From Pirellulales bacterium (GTDB lineage: Bacteria; Planctomycetota; Planctomycetia; Pirellulales; UBA1268), in the NCBI GenBank assembly GCA_044238145.1, contig JBIIDT010000008.1, positions 3,610-67,609 of the forward strand: a DNA stretch of 64,000 bases. Direction: 5' to 3'. The number at the start of each line of letters is the position of its first letter. Position 1 is the first letter of the stretch. Shown one piece after another: positions 8,059 to 18,016 of this stretch. A program made the translations under genes and the position numbers. The notes beneath the pieces are model-generated. The model saw only the letters and a list, made by a program, of their open reading frames with translations. It had not been told where the DNA came from and did no database searches.

Positions 8059-8562
8059 ATGCCACTGCCGATTTACCGTCTGCCGCGCGTCGGTCCGCTT
8101 CTCGTCGCCGCTGCGCTCGCGCCGGCCGCCGTGCGTGGATCCGCACCCGAAGACACGGTGGTGCCGCTGCCCGTGGCGCCGCTGCCGGCCGACGGCACCC
8201 CCGATCCACTCGCGGGCACGCCGTGGGTCGACCCGGCGACCAGCGGCGTTGATGCGGAGCGAGCCTTGGCCACGATGCTGCCCCCGCGGACCGACTCGCC
8301 GCGCGACTGGCAGGCACCGATCGAGCCGCTCCACGACTGTGGCGAGCCGCGGGCGCTGCCGCCGTGCGTGCCGCCGGCCCCGTGCCATCCCGTGGCTCCG
8401 CCCGCTCCCTACGACCTCGTCGGTGCCGGCGGCGTGCCGTCGTGCGGGCCGATCTACCGCGGCCCGTGTGCGCCGCGTTCGGCCACCGTGCACGAGGGCC
8501 CGTTTCGCTGGATGCATGCCCTCCAGGACCGGCTCTTCGACCTCTTCTATCGCTCGCGGTGA
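8059..8562 (+). CDS. secreted Pro/Cys-rich hypothetical protein
   Basis: The ATG at 8059 is preceded by GGGAGGGA with 6-nt spacing. The signal-like MPLPIYRLPRVGPLLVAAALAPAAVRG follows. The rest is proline-rich with scattered Cys. No family recognised. Confidence 0.5.
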   Translation: MPLPIYRLPRVGPLLVAAALAPAAVRGSAPEDTVVPLPVAPLPADGTPDPLAGTPWVDPATSGVDAERALATMLPPRTDSPRDWQAPIEPLHDCGEPRALPPCVPPAPCHPVAPPAPYDLVGAGGVPSCGPIYRGPCAPRSATVHEGPFRWMHALQDRLFDLFYRSR

Positions 8563-8649
8563 GGCGGCGGCCGCCGCGCTTGTGCTGCCCGGCGGCCACG
8601 GCCACACTGTGGGACTGCCGGACGGCTCCGGCGGCACGGAGACGGGCGG

Positions 8650-9732
8650 ATGCGGGCGGCGATCATCGGCATCGGGGCGATCGCGGGGATGCACGCCCGT
8701 GCCCTGCGCGACATCCCCGGCGTCGAACTCGTCGCTGCCTGCTGTCGCACCGAGGAGAAGGGCCGGGCCTTCGCCTCCCAGTTCGGCTGCACCTGGCACG
8801 CCGACGCGGCCCGGATGCTCCGCCGCGAGAAGCCCGATTTCGTCACCGTGGCGACGCCGTCGGGCGCCCACCTGCCGGCCGTGCTCGCGGCCGCCCGCCG
8901 CGGCGTCCACGTGATCTGCGAGAAGCCGCTCGAGATCTCCCTCAAGCGGATCGACCGGATGATCGCCGCCTGCGACAAGGCGGGCGTCACGCTCGGGGCG
9001 ATCTTCCCGCAGCGGTTCAACCCCGTCGTCCGCGCCGTCCACGAGGCCGCGGCGGCCGGCCGGTTCGGCACGCTCGCCGTGGCTGCGAGTTACGTGCCCT
9101 GGTGGCGGGACGACGCCTATTACGGCCCCGGCCGCTGGCAGGGCACGAAGGCCCTCGACGGTGGCGGGGCGCTGATGAACCAGTCGATCCACGGCGTCGA
9201 CGCCCTGCAGTGGATCGCCGGAGCGACGATGCCCGACCTGCCCGCCGGCGCCAATCCCGTGGAGAGCGTCGTCGCCATGACGGCCGTGCGGGCCCACGAC
9301 GCCGAGCGGCTGGAGGTGGAAGATACCTGCGTCGCGATCCTGCGGTTCCGGAACGGCGCCCTCGGTCAGTTGCTCGCGGCCACGAGCCTGTTCCCCGGGC
9401 AGATGCGCCGCTTCCTGTTCGGCGGCCGCGACGGCACCGCGGAGATCCTCGAGGAGCAGCTCGTCACCTGGCAGTTCCGCACCGCGGCGGCGGACGACGA
9501 CGCGACCCGCGACAGGCTCGGGGCCGCCAGCGCCACCTCGGGCGGCGCCGCCGACCCGATGGCCATCAACTACGCCTGCCACACGCGGAACTTCGAGGAG
9601 TTCCTCGCCGCCGTGCGGGACGGCCGCCGCCCGCCGCTCGACGGGGCGGAGGGCCGCAAGGCCGTGGCCATCATCGAGGCCTGCTACAAGTCGGCCCGCA
9701 CGGGCAGGCCCGCGCGGGTCGCAGGAGCCTGA
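8650..9732 (+). CDS. Gfo/Idh/MocA family NAD(P)-dependent oxidoreductase
   Basis: 360-aa ORF with the N-terminal Rossmann MRAAIIGIGAIAGMHARAL. The family EKP motif appears in VHVICEKPLEISL, followed by a C-terminal alpha/beta domain. Confidence 0.85.
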   Translation: MRAAIIGIGAIAGMHARALRDIPGVELVAACCRTEEKGRAFASQFGCTWHADAARMLRREKPDFVTVATPSGAHLPAVLAAARRGVHVICEKPLEISLKRIDRMIAACDKAGVTLGAIFPQRFNPVVRAVHEAAAAGRFGTLAVAASYVPWWRDDAYYGPGRWQGTKALDGGGALMNQSIHGVDALQWIAGATMPDLPAGANPVESVVAMTAVRAHDAERLEVEDTCVAILRFRNGALGQLLAATSLFPGQMRRFLFGGRDGTAEILEEQLVTWQFRTAAADDDATRDRLGAASATSGGAADPMAINYACHTRNFEEFLAAVRDGRRPPLDGAEGRKAVAIIEACYKSARTGRPARVAGA

Positions 9733-9742
9733 CGACCATCCC

Positions 9743-10576
9743 ATGAACGCGCCGCTCCGTTACGCGATCTGCAACGAGACCTTCGAGGGTTGGCCGCTGG
9801 CCAAGGCGTGCGACTTCGCGGCGGCCTGCGGCTACACCGGCCTGGAGGTGGCGCCGTTCACGCTCGCCGGTCGTGCGACCGACATCACCGCCGCCCAGCG
9901 CGGCGAGATTCGCCGCACGATCGCCCGCGCGGGGCTCGACTGCGTCGGCCTGCACTGGCTGCTGGCGAAGACCGAGGGCTTTCACGTCGCCCACCCCGAC
10001 GCAGCCGTCCGCGGCCGCACCGTGGACTACCTCGGGGAACTCGCCCGCCTGTGCCACGACCTTGGCGGCCGCGTGCTCGTCTTCGGCTCGCCGAAGCAAC
10101 GCAGCCTGCTGCCGGGCGTGACGGCCGACCAGGCCATCGACCACATCCACGAGGTGTTCTCGCGGCTCGTGCCTGTGCTGGAGACGACTGACACGGTGGT
10201 GGCGCTCGAGCCCCTGTCGCCGGCGGAGACCGACGTCCTCACGACCGCCGCGGAGACCTGCCGGCTGATCGAGCGGATCGGCTCGCCCCACGTGCGGCTG
10301 CATCTCGACGTGAAGGCGATGGCGAGCGAGGGGGAGCCGGTGCCCGAGATCATCCTCGCCAGCGCCCGACACCTCGAGCACTTCCACGCCAACGACCCCA
10401 ACCTGCAGGGCCCCGGCTTCGGGGCCGTCGACTTCTCACCGATCTTCACGGCCCTCGACGAGGTCCGGTATTCCGGCTGGGTGAGCGTGGAGGTCTTCGA
10501 CTACGCACCCGGCGCCGAGCGGCTCGCCCGCGACAGCATCGACTACATGCGGCGGGTCGAGGCCGCCCTCGGCTGA
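9743..10576 (+). CDS. sugar phosphate isomerase/epimerase (xylose isomerase-like TIM barrel)
   Basis: 277-aa ORF starting 11 nt after the previous gene. LRYAICNETFEGWPL...GYTGLEVAPF and HLEHFHANDPN are typical of the AP endonuclease 2/xylose-isomerase-like TIM-barrel family. Confidence 0.8.
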   Translation: MNAPLRYAICNETFEGWPLAKACDFAAACGYTGLEVAPFTLAGRATDITAAQRGEIRRTIARAGLDCVGLHWLLAKTEGFHVAHPDAAVRGRTVDYLGELARLCHDLGGRVLVFGSPKQRSLLPGVTADQAIDHIHEVFSRLVPVLETTDTVVALEPLSPAETDVLTTAAETCRLIERIGSPHVRLHLDVKAMASEGEPVPEIILASARHLEHFHANDPNLQGPGFGAVDFSPIFTALDEVRYSGWVSVEVFDYAPGAERLARDSIDYMRRVEAALG

Positions 10577-10617
10577 TTCCCGCGGCCCGCCGCCGCCATT
10601 CCCAGGAGCCCGCCCGC

Positions 10618-11994
10618 ATGGCCGCCGCCCCCCACTCTCCCGCCGACCACGCCCCGTGGTACCGCGACCTCACGCCATACCACTGGTTCGTGTTTACGGT
10701 GGCCTCGCTGGCCTGGCTCTTCGACTGCCTCGACCAGCAGCTCTTCATCCTCGCCCGCAACAAGGCGATGGAGTCGCTCCTGCCGGCCGGCATGGACCCC
10801 AAGCTCTACGGCGGCTATGCGACGAGCATCTTCGTCGCCGGCTGGGCGATGGGCGGCCTGATCTTCGGGTCGTTGGGCGACCGCTTCGGGCGGGCGAAGA
10901 TGCTCACGCTCACGGTGCTCATCTACTCGGTGTGCACGGGCCTCTCCGCCTTCTCCACCGGCTGGGCCGACTTCGCCACCTACCGGTTCCTCACCGGCCT
11001 CGGCGTGGGCGGCGTGTTCGGCCTGGCCGTGGCCCTCGTCGCCGACACGCTCCCCGACCGCTCTCGGACGGGCGCCCTCGGTCTCCTGCAGGCGTTGTCG
11101 GCGATCGGCAACATCACGGCCGGCGTCACGAGCATGTACCTCGGTCATCTCGAGGCCACGAAGGCGATCGCCGCCGGCACGGCCTGGAAGTACATGTTCC
11201 TCGTCGGCGCCATTCCCGCCTTTCTCTGCGTCTTCATCCAGCTGCGTCTCAAGGAGCCGGAGAAATGGGTGCGGGCCCGGGCAGCGGGGAAGGCGGCGGG
11301 AGTGAAGTTCGGCTCCTACGCGGCGCTCCTCGGTGACCAGCGGTGGCGGGGCTCGGCCCTGCTCGGGATGGTGCTCTGCGTGGCGGGCGTGATCGGCCTG
11401 TGGGGCATCGGGTTCTTCAGCCCCGAACTCGTGGGCGACGTGATCAAGGCCTCGCTCGTGGCCGATGGCGTGCCGGCGGAGAAGATCGCCGGCAGCCAGC
11501 AGTTCTGGATCGGCGTCAACTCGATCGTGCAGAACATCGGCGCCTTCTTCGGCATGCTGCTGTTCACCCGGCTGGCCCAGGGCATGGGCCGCAAGCCGGC
11601 CTTCGCGATCGCCTTCGTGGCGGCGCTCGTGGCCACCGTGGCGTTCTTCCAGTTCTTCAACGGCCGCGGCGACATCTGGATGAGCGCGATCATGGGAGGC
11701 TGCCAGCTCGCCCTGTTCGCCGGCTTCGCGATCTATCTCCCGGAGCTTTTCCCCACCAGCCTCCGCAGCACGGGCACGAGCTTCTGCTACAACGTCGGCC
11801 GGTTCGTGGCGGCGAGCGGCCCGTTCACGCTCGGCGCCCTGCAGGCGGCGCTCAAGGCCGGGGCGACGACGCCCGAGGCCAAGCTCGTGGCCTTCCGCAA
11901 CGCCTGCTCCTACATGAGCGTGATCTTCCTGCTCGGCCTGGTGGCCCTGGCGTTTCTGCCCGAGACCAAGGGCCGGCCGCTGCCGGAGGACTAG
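10618..11994 (+). CDS. MFS transporter
   Basis: 458-aa ORF with multiple hydrophobic spans. The MFS motif A appears as GSLGDRFGRAKML between TM2 and TM3. CAGGAG lies upstream of the ATG. Confidence 0.85.
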   Translation: MAAAPHSPADHAPWYRDLTPYHWFVFTVASLAWLFDCLDQQLFILARNKAMESLLPAGMDPKLYGGYATSIFVAGWAMGGLIFGSLGDRFGRAKMLTLTVLIYSVCTGLSAFSTGWADFATYRFLTGLGVGGVFGLAVALVADTLPDRSRTGALGLLQALSAIGNITAGVTSMYLGHLEATKAIAAGTAWKYMFLVGAIPAFLCVFIQLRLKEPEKWVRARAAGKAAGVKFGSYAALLGDQRWRGSALLGMVLCVAGVIGLWGIGFFSPELVGDVIKASLVADGVPAEKIAGSQQFWIGVNSIVQNIGAFFGMLLFTRLAQGMGRKPAFAIAFVAALVATVAFFQFFNGRGDIWMSAIMGGCQLALFAGFAIYLPELFPTSLRSTGTSFCYNVGRFVAASGPFTLGALQAALKAGATTPEAKLVAFRNACSYMSVIFLLGLVALAFLPETKGRPLPED

Positions 11995-11995
11995 G

Positions 11996-12096
11996 TTCAC
12001 GCCTGCGGGGCCATCCATGGCCCCCGCAGGCTTGGGCCGTCCGGCGAACGCCAAGGGTTCGCCGGACGGCCGGGCGGTCGCACCTCCGGGCGACCG
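11996..12096 (+). repeat. REP-like composite hairpin element, family R1, copy a
   Basis: Begins 2 nt after the MFS stop codon. A 40-nt module TTCACGCCTGCGGGGCCATCCATGGCCCCCGCAGGCTTGG (11996-12035) is itself a 14-bp hairpin. A second hairpin GCCGTCCGGCGAAC-GCCAAGG-GTTCGCCGGACGGC spans 12036-12070. A third hairpin GGTCGC-ACCTCCGG-GCGACC follows. The 40-mer is identical to the reverse complement of 15248-15287. Confidence 0.8.
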
Positions 12097-12267
12097 TGGC
12101 CGCCGCGGAGCGGCGGCGGCGTGGCGAATCGACGAGGCGTCGATCCGCAGCACGCCCTGGGCATGCCGCGCGGCATACCAGTGCGTGCAGGCGACCCATC
12201 CTGCCCCTACAATCCGTAGACCGCCCGCCGGGCGGCGTGGTGATCGAAGAACCTTCACGAAGGGGAC

Positions 12268-13125
<858 letters not shown>

Positions 13126-13212
13126 CGACGCCGCAGGGATCGGGAAGGGAATCGCATTCCTGGCCGCTCGTGTTCCGGCTCCCAGGCGTGGTGCAGGGCT
13201 GAGACCCTTGGC

Positions 13213-15138
13213 CTATTCGCGCCGGTTCCCCGACAACCTCACGCCCGGAACCTCGCCGCGCGGGTAGCAGCGCCGCGCGATCGCCGGGCTCGACGGGGAG
13301 AGGCGGAAGTCCAGGTCCGTGCACCCGCCGGCAAACGCCGGGTCGGCGACCTCGCTGCCGGTTTCGAGCGCGAGTTCACGCCGCACACTTTCGAGCGTGT
13401 CGTAGTCCTTGTGCCGCCAGTCTCCGCCGAACGCCGGTCCCCACTGAAACAGTTTCTGGCCCGGTGCCGCCGCGTAGAGGTTGTTGGCCATGGTGATGCG
13501 GAGATCTTCCAGGCTCAGGCCTTTTGGCTGCGCCCTGTCGTCCTTGGCTCGGTATTCCTTGGCGTTGTCCTGGCGGGGTTTTTCGGTCTTGGCCGGTGCG
13601 GCCCGTTGCAGGGCCTTGGGCCAGTGACGTTCGTCCTCCTGGGCGAACCATCCCGCGGTCTGGGCCATGCCGTTGTGGGCGATGATGTTGTTGCGGATGA
13701 CGTTGTCGTGATTCCAGATGGCGACTTCCGCCTGCGGCTCGCCGCCGATCCGGGCGGTGGTGCGGAACTGTTCGCGGAATTGGAAACCCTCCCGGTTGCC
13801 GACCATGAGATTGCGTTCAATCAGGCAGTTCGGCGAACTCGACAGCGTGATACCACCGTTGGCGCCCCAGTCGCCGTACGCCTCACCCCAGCCGTTGCCG
13901 ACGACGACGTTGTCGTGGGCGTGCAGCCCGTACGAGATCTCGTAGAAGATGCCGGATCCTTCGTTGCCGGAAATCAGGCAGTTACGGACGACGCAGTCTT
14001 CGTTGCCTACGTCGAACCAGATCCCCGTCCCGCGATTGTCGATAAATCGGCTCTTCTCGATGACCGCCCGGCGGCACAGGCCGAGTTTGTTGCCGCCCCC
14101 GCCCCACGCACGGTTCCATCCCTTGGTGTTGTTGTTGCGCACCAGGCATCCGGTCATGAACAGGCCCTCGACGCCGGATGCGTCGAAACCGTCCCAGCCG
14201 TTGTCCTGCATCACGCAATCGCGCACCACGTGATCCTTGCCGCTGAAGGACGCGCCGAGGGCGCTCATCCGTTCGATGACGCAGCTCGCCAGGACTGATC
14301 CCCGGCCGTTCAATTGCACGGCGCCCAGCTGGGCCCGGTTGGCGGCATGCCGGAACAGGATGCCTTCGATCCAGACGTGGTCGCCTTTCACGTTCCAGAG
14401 GACGTCACGGACCGAGGCTTCCGCCAGCATCGGCGTCTTTTCCAGGTCGGCATTGTCCCGGGTCCACAGCGAGAGGCGGCGGCCGTCCAGGTCGACGTGG
14501 AACGTCCCGCGTGCGAGTTTGGACCGGTCCATCACCTGCAGCAGTTGGTAGCCCAGGACGATGACCTGTTCGCTGCGGCCGATCTGCAGATGGAACTCGT
14601 CGTCCGGGTGGGCGAAACTCTTGGTCCAGGTGTTGAACCGATGGGGCCAGGGCACGCTGAAGATGTTGTCCGGGCCGGGCTCCCGTTTGAGATCGATCAG
14701 TCGATCCGCGCCGGTCACCACCACGCGGGCGCCGGGGGCGGCCCGGAACTGGATGGGGCGGTCGGGTGTTCCGCTCGCCTCGACGACCACCGACTCACGG
14801 TAGATCCCGGTGGCGATCAGCACGCAGTCGCCGGCCTTGGTCACCCTTGCGGCGGCGGCGATGGTCTTGAACGGCGCAGCCGGAGCCTTGGCGGGGCCGT
14901 CGCTGGCCAGGGGATCCGCCGGATTGACCCGGTATGTGGCTCCGGTGACCGGGGGACGTGCGGCCGACTCGCTGCGTGAATCCTCCGCCAGCAGCAGGGG
15001 AACCGCCGCACATGTCAGGCAGCAGACGATGGCGCGGGATGGGCGCCACGCCGGGCCCGGTGTCCCGGAGGTGGCAGATCGCATGACCATCACGGGCGTC
15101 CCTCGTTGACGGCGACAGAGTAGGTTCATCGTCGGCAT
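13213..15138 (-). CDS. secreted right-handed parallel beta-helix repeat protein (pectate-lyase-fold)
   Basis: 641-aa ORF. PFKTIAAAARVTKAGDCVLIATGIYRESVVV matches the N-terminal cap pattern of DUF1565/pectin-lyase-fold proteins. Repeated N/G-rich turns follow (NNNTKGW, IDNRGTGIWF, ISGNEGSGIFY, VVGNGWG). Several in-frame ATGs (15138, 15129) leave the start uncertain. Confidence 0.75.
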   Translation of the reverse strand: MPTMNLLCRRQRGTPVMVMRSATSGTPGPAWRPSRAIVCCLTCAAVPLLLAEDSRSESAARPPVTGATYRVNPADPLASDGPAKAPAAPFKTIAAAARVTKAGDCVLIATGIYRESVVVEASGTPDRPIQFRAAPGARVVVTGADRLIDLKREPGPDNIFSVPWPHRFNTWTKSFAHPDDEFHLQIGRSEQVIVLGYQLLQVMDRSKLARGTFHVDLDGRRLSLWTRDNADLEKTPMLAEASVRDVLWNVKGDHVWIEGILFRHAANRAQLGAVQLNGRGSVLASCVIERMSALGASFSGKDHVVRDCVMQDNGWDGFDASGVEGLFMTGCLVRNNNTKGWNRAWGGGGNKLGLCRRAVIEKSRFIDNRGTGIWFDVGNEDCVVRNCLISGNEGSGIFYEISYGLHAHDNVVVGNGWGEAYGDWGANGGITLSSSPNCLIERNLMVGNREGFQFREQFRTTARIGGEPQAEVAIWNHDNVIRNNIIAHNGMAQTAGWFAQEDERHWPKALQRAAPAKTEKPRQDNAKEYRAKDDRAQPKGLSLEDLRITMANNLYAAAPGQKLFQWGPAFGGDWRHKDYDTLESVRRELALETGSEVADPAFAGGCTDLDFRLSPSSPAIARRCYPRGEVPGVRLSGNRRE

Positions 15139-15186
15139 TTCAGCAAGCGCCGGCGCATCCCTTCGGGCCTGCTTCGGCTTACGCGA

Positions 15187-15287
15187 GGCTCGCCTGGAGG
15201 GCGAGCCATCGCAGGTCGAGGCACACCTTGGCTGTGCCTCCGACCTGCCAAGCCTGCGGGGGCCATGGATGGCCCCGCAGGCGTGAA
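15187..15287 (-). repeat. REP-like composite hairpin element, family R1, copy b (inverted)
   Basis: Read on the minus strand, it begins 2 nt after the porin-like gene's stop. It has the same 40-mer (15287-15248). Next comes hairpin CAGGTCGGAGGCACA-GCCAAGG-TGTGCCTCGACCTG, then hairpin GGCTCGCC-CTCCA-GGCGAGCC. The architecture and loops match copy a, but the stems of hairpins 2 and 3 are different. Confidence 0.8.
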
Positions 15288-15288
15288 G

Positions 15289-16740
15289 TCAGAACGCAAT
15301 CTGAAACTGCGTCTGGATCGCGGTGCCCGTGAAGCCGGCGCGATACGGATAGAGGATGTTCTGGGCCGGGTTGCGGTTCATGTACAGCGCCTCGAGCGTG
15401 AACCGCCCCTGCCGCGACTCGTGCACGTACCAGTTGAACCCGCCGCCGTACTCCTGGCCCGTGCCGTAGGGGCCCGTCAGGGCGCTGGAGCGGGCGTACA
15501 CCTCGTAGGTTCGCGGCACGAAGCACCACGAGAGATAGCCGAGGCCACCGTGGTCGTAGATGCTCGACCGCTCGAACGTGCCGGTGCCGACGAAGTCGTT
15601 CAGGAGCCGGAAGTAGTACTCGAAGTTCACCGCCCAGCCGGCGTACTTCCAGCCCGCGTCGACGGTCGCGAGCTGGAACAGGTACTGCTGCAGCCGTGAG
15701 CCGGGGCCGAGGGCGCCGGGCAGGGCGATCGGCGTGCCGTCGGAGAGCCGTACGATCGTGTCTTCGGGATTGAGCCCCGGGAAGATGATCGCCTGGGTGC
15801 GGGCGTAGGTGCCGCTGCCGCCGAGGCGGATCACGGGCTCGTCGCGGCACTCCATGTCGGAGTAGCCGAGGCCGAACGGGCCCAGCGGTTCCCACCAGGC
15901 GTTGCCGGCCCAGGCCATCGACGTGCCCTCGCGGAGCACGCCGGCTTGGCCGCCGTCGATCGCGTTCCACACGCCGGCCTGGTAGTTGAGCTCGCCGTCG
16001 AGCAGCGAGCCGACGGCGAACGCACCGGGGCTGTAGCCGGGGCGGAAGAAGGTGTTGGCCATGCTGCGGTCGATGCCCAGGGTCCACGGCTGGGCGTCGA
16101 CCCATTCCCGCGAGGCCGGCACGATGGTCACGCCGCCGGCGAGCGTGGCCGCCTCGCTGAACTTCCAGCCGAGCGTGCCGAGTGGCACGAAGGCGGACCG
16201 CACACCCATGTCGGAGGTGCCGAACAAAGACGCCCGGTAGACGAGCCGCTCGTCGAGCACATGGCCGGAGAAGGAAAGCAGGACGCGGTTGAGGTTGAAG
16301 GTGTTGATGTTCCGCACCGGCCGCACTTCGCCCGTCGACAGGGTCCAGGTCTTCGCCGCCCGGGCGAACTCGAGCCAGCGGAGTTGCACGAAGCCATTCA
16401 TGGCCAGGGCGAAGGGCAGGCCGCCGGATGCGCCCGTCGAGTGGTGGAGCAGCAGACCCTTGGGCGGGGCGATGTCGGTGGCTGGGATGTACCGCGGTCG
16501 CGGGATGTTGGCCAGCCGCGCCGCGACGGCCTGGTCGACCAGGGCGCGGATCCGGGCTTCCTGCTCCGGATCCTCGTGGGTCAGCGACTCCTCGAAGTAC
16601 TGGGCCGGTTCGACGTCGGCGTCATCCATGGCCGTCGGAACCGCGTCGACCTCCGCGTCGAGGTCCTGCGCAGGCGCACCCACCGCCGCGACGAGGCAGC
16701 AGGCGACGGCGAACGCCGGGAAAAAGAGGGGTGCGCGCAT
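15289..16740 (-). CDS. outer-membrane beta-barrel porin (phosphate-selective porin O/P-like)
   Basis: The track ORF starts at GTG 16776. I prefer the ATG at 16740, giving the signal MRAPLFFPAFAVACCLVAAVGAPAQD. The protein has alternating amphipathic strands rich in Y/G/F. The C-terminus ends in ...TAIQTQFQIAF (terminal aromatic), typical of OM barrels. Confidence 0.7.
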   Translation of the reverse strand: MRAPLFFPAFAVACCLVAAVGAPAQDLDAEVDAVPTAMDDADVEPAQYFEESLTHEDPEQEARIRALVDQAVAARLANIPRPRYIPATDIAPPKGLLLHHSTGASGGLPFALAMNGFVQLRWLEFARAAKTWTLSTGEVRPVRNINTFNLNRVLLSFSGHVLDERLVYRASLFGTSDMGVRSAFVPLGTLGWKFSEAATLAGGVTIVPASREWVDAQPWTLGIDRSMANTFFRPGYSPGAFAVGSLLDGELNYQAGVWNAIDGGQAGVLREGTSMAWAGNAWWEPLGPFGLGYSDMECRDEPVIRLGGSGTYARTQAIIFPGLNPEDTIVRLSDGTPIALPGALGPGSRLQQYLFQLATVDAGWKYAGWAVNFEYYFRLLNDFVGTGTFERSSIYDHGGLGYLSWCFVPRTYEVYARSSALTGPYGTGQEYGGGFNWYVHESRQGRFTLEALYMNRNPAQNILYPYRAGFTGTAIQTQFQIAF

Positions 16741-16932
16741 GGGGGGCCCGACAGTGAAAATCGGGTCCGGCGGCACCGGTCATGCAGGATTTTCTGGTGA
16801 GGCAAGATGGGCAACTTTCGGTCGGCCGTGGAAGCCGCCAAAACGCCCAGGTTGGCCCATGAGAACTCGCGGACCGGCCGCGAAGATGTGGCGACCGGCC
16901 GCTTGACGGCCCACGGCAGGCTGCTACTGTGT

Positions 16933-16947
16933 ATTCGTTATCCGAAT
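16933..16947. promoter_or_regulatory. candidate LysR-type regulator binding site (T-N11-A dyad)
   Basis: ATTCGTTATCCGAAT is a perfect ATTCG-N5-CGAAT dyad that fits the T-N11-A LTTR box. It sits in an AT-richer patch 37 nt upstream of the lysR-type gene's ATG, in the divergent region shared with the porin gene. Confidence 0.35.
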
Positions 16948-16983
16948 GATGCAAGGCGGCGTCATTTGTTTTGTTAATCACGG

Positions 16984-17952
16984 ATGTGGCCCGAACGCGG
17001 CCCCGCGGCCGTCACGCTGGTTTCCGTGAACCTCAAGTCCCTCAAGATCTTCTGCGACATCGTCTCCCGGCGGAGCTTTTCCCGCGCGGCGGAGGACAAC
17101 GGCGTTTCGCAGTCGGCCGCCAGCCAGGTCGTCGGCCACCTCGAAGCCCACCTCGGCGTGAGGCTCATCGAGCGGTCGAAGCGGCCGCTCTCGCCCACCC
17201 GCGAAGGGCAGGCCTTCTACGACGGCTGCCGCAAACTGATCGCGGCCTACGACGCCCTCGAGGACCAGGTCCGCACGCTGCACGACGAGGTCGCCGGCCG
17301 CGTCCGTGTGGCCGCCATCTACTCGGTGGGCCTGCACCACATGAGCCGCTACGTGCAGGAGTTCATGAGCCGCCATCCGAAGGCGAACGTGCGGCTCGAA
17401 TACCTCCATCCCGACCGCGTCATCGAGTCGGTCGAGCAGGGGCAGGCCGACATCGGCATCGTCAGCTACCCGCGGAGCACGCGGGCCCTCGAGGCGGAGC
17501 CGTGGCGTGAGGAGCCGATCGTGCTCGTCTGCGCCCCCGGCAATCCGCTGGCGGGTCGCGTGCAGGTGGCGCTCGGCGAACTGCACGGCCAGCGGATGGT
17601 CGGCTTCGACAGCGACCTCGTCATCCGCCACGAACTCGACCGGGCGCTCGCCGCCGCCGGCGCCGAGCCCGCCGTGGTCATGGAGTTCGACAACGTCGAG
17701 ACGATCAAGCGGGCCGTGGAGATCGACGCCGGCGTCGCCCTCCTGCCGGAGCCGACGGTGGGCCGCGAACTGGCCGCCGGCACGCTGTGCACCGTGCGGC
17801 TGGCGGGCGAGGATCTGGTCCGGCCGCTGGGCATCATCCACGCCCGCGGCAAGCCGCTGGCACCGACCGTCGAGCGGTTCGTCGAGCTGCTCCGCGGTCA
17901 CGCCCGCGACATGGACGCCGGCGTCGCCGCGCCGGCCGCCGCCACCCCCTGA
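16984..17952 (+). CDS. LysR family transcriptional regulator
   Basis: 322-aa ORF. The N-terminal wHTH is [48 protein letters not shown], followed by a periplasmic-binding-protein-like effector domain. The start could also be GTG 17026. Confidence 0.85.
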   Translation: MWPERGPAAVTLVSVNLKSLKIFCDIVSRRSFSRAAEDNGVSQSAASQVVGHLEAHLGVRLIERSKRPLSPTREGQAFYDGCRKLIAAYDALEDQVRTLHDEVAGRVRVAAIYSVGLHHMSRYVQEFMSRHPKANVRLEYLHPDRVIESVEQGQADIGIVSYPRSTRALEAEPWREEPIVLVCAPGNPLAGRVQVALGELHGQRMVGFDSDLVIRHELDRALAAAGAEPAVVMEFDNVETIKRAVEIDAGVALLPEPTVGRELAAGTLCTVRLAGEDLVRPLGIIHARGKPLAPTVERFVELLRGHARDMDAGVAAPAAATP

Positions 17953-18016
17953 CCACACCGAGCCCGCGGCCGGACGCCGCGGCACCGCACCCTTCACCGC
18001 CCCTGCGAGCATCGCC

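Noticed and set aside
17507-18016. In-frame 170-codon N-terminal extension of the gltB ORF
   Set aside because: It overlaps the 3' half of the LysR gene in another frame and is Arg/Ser/Pro-rich. GltB must begin shortly before the catalytic Cys of the Ntn amidotransferase domain, which the ATG at 18017 provides.
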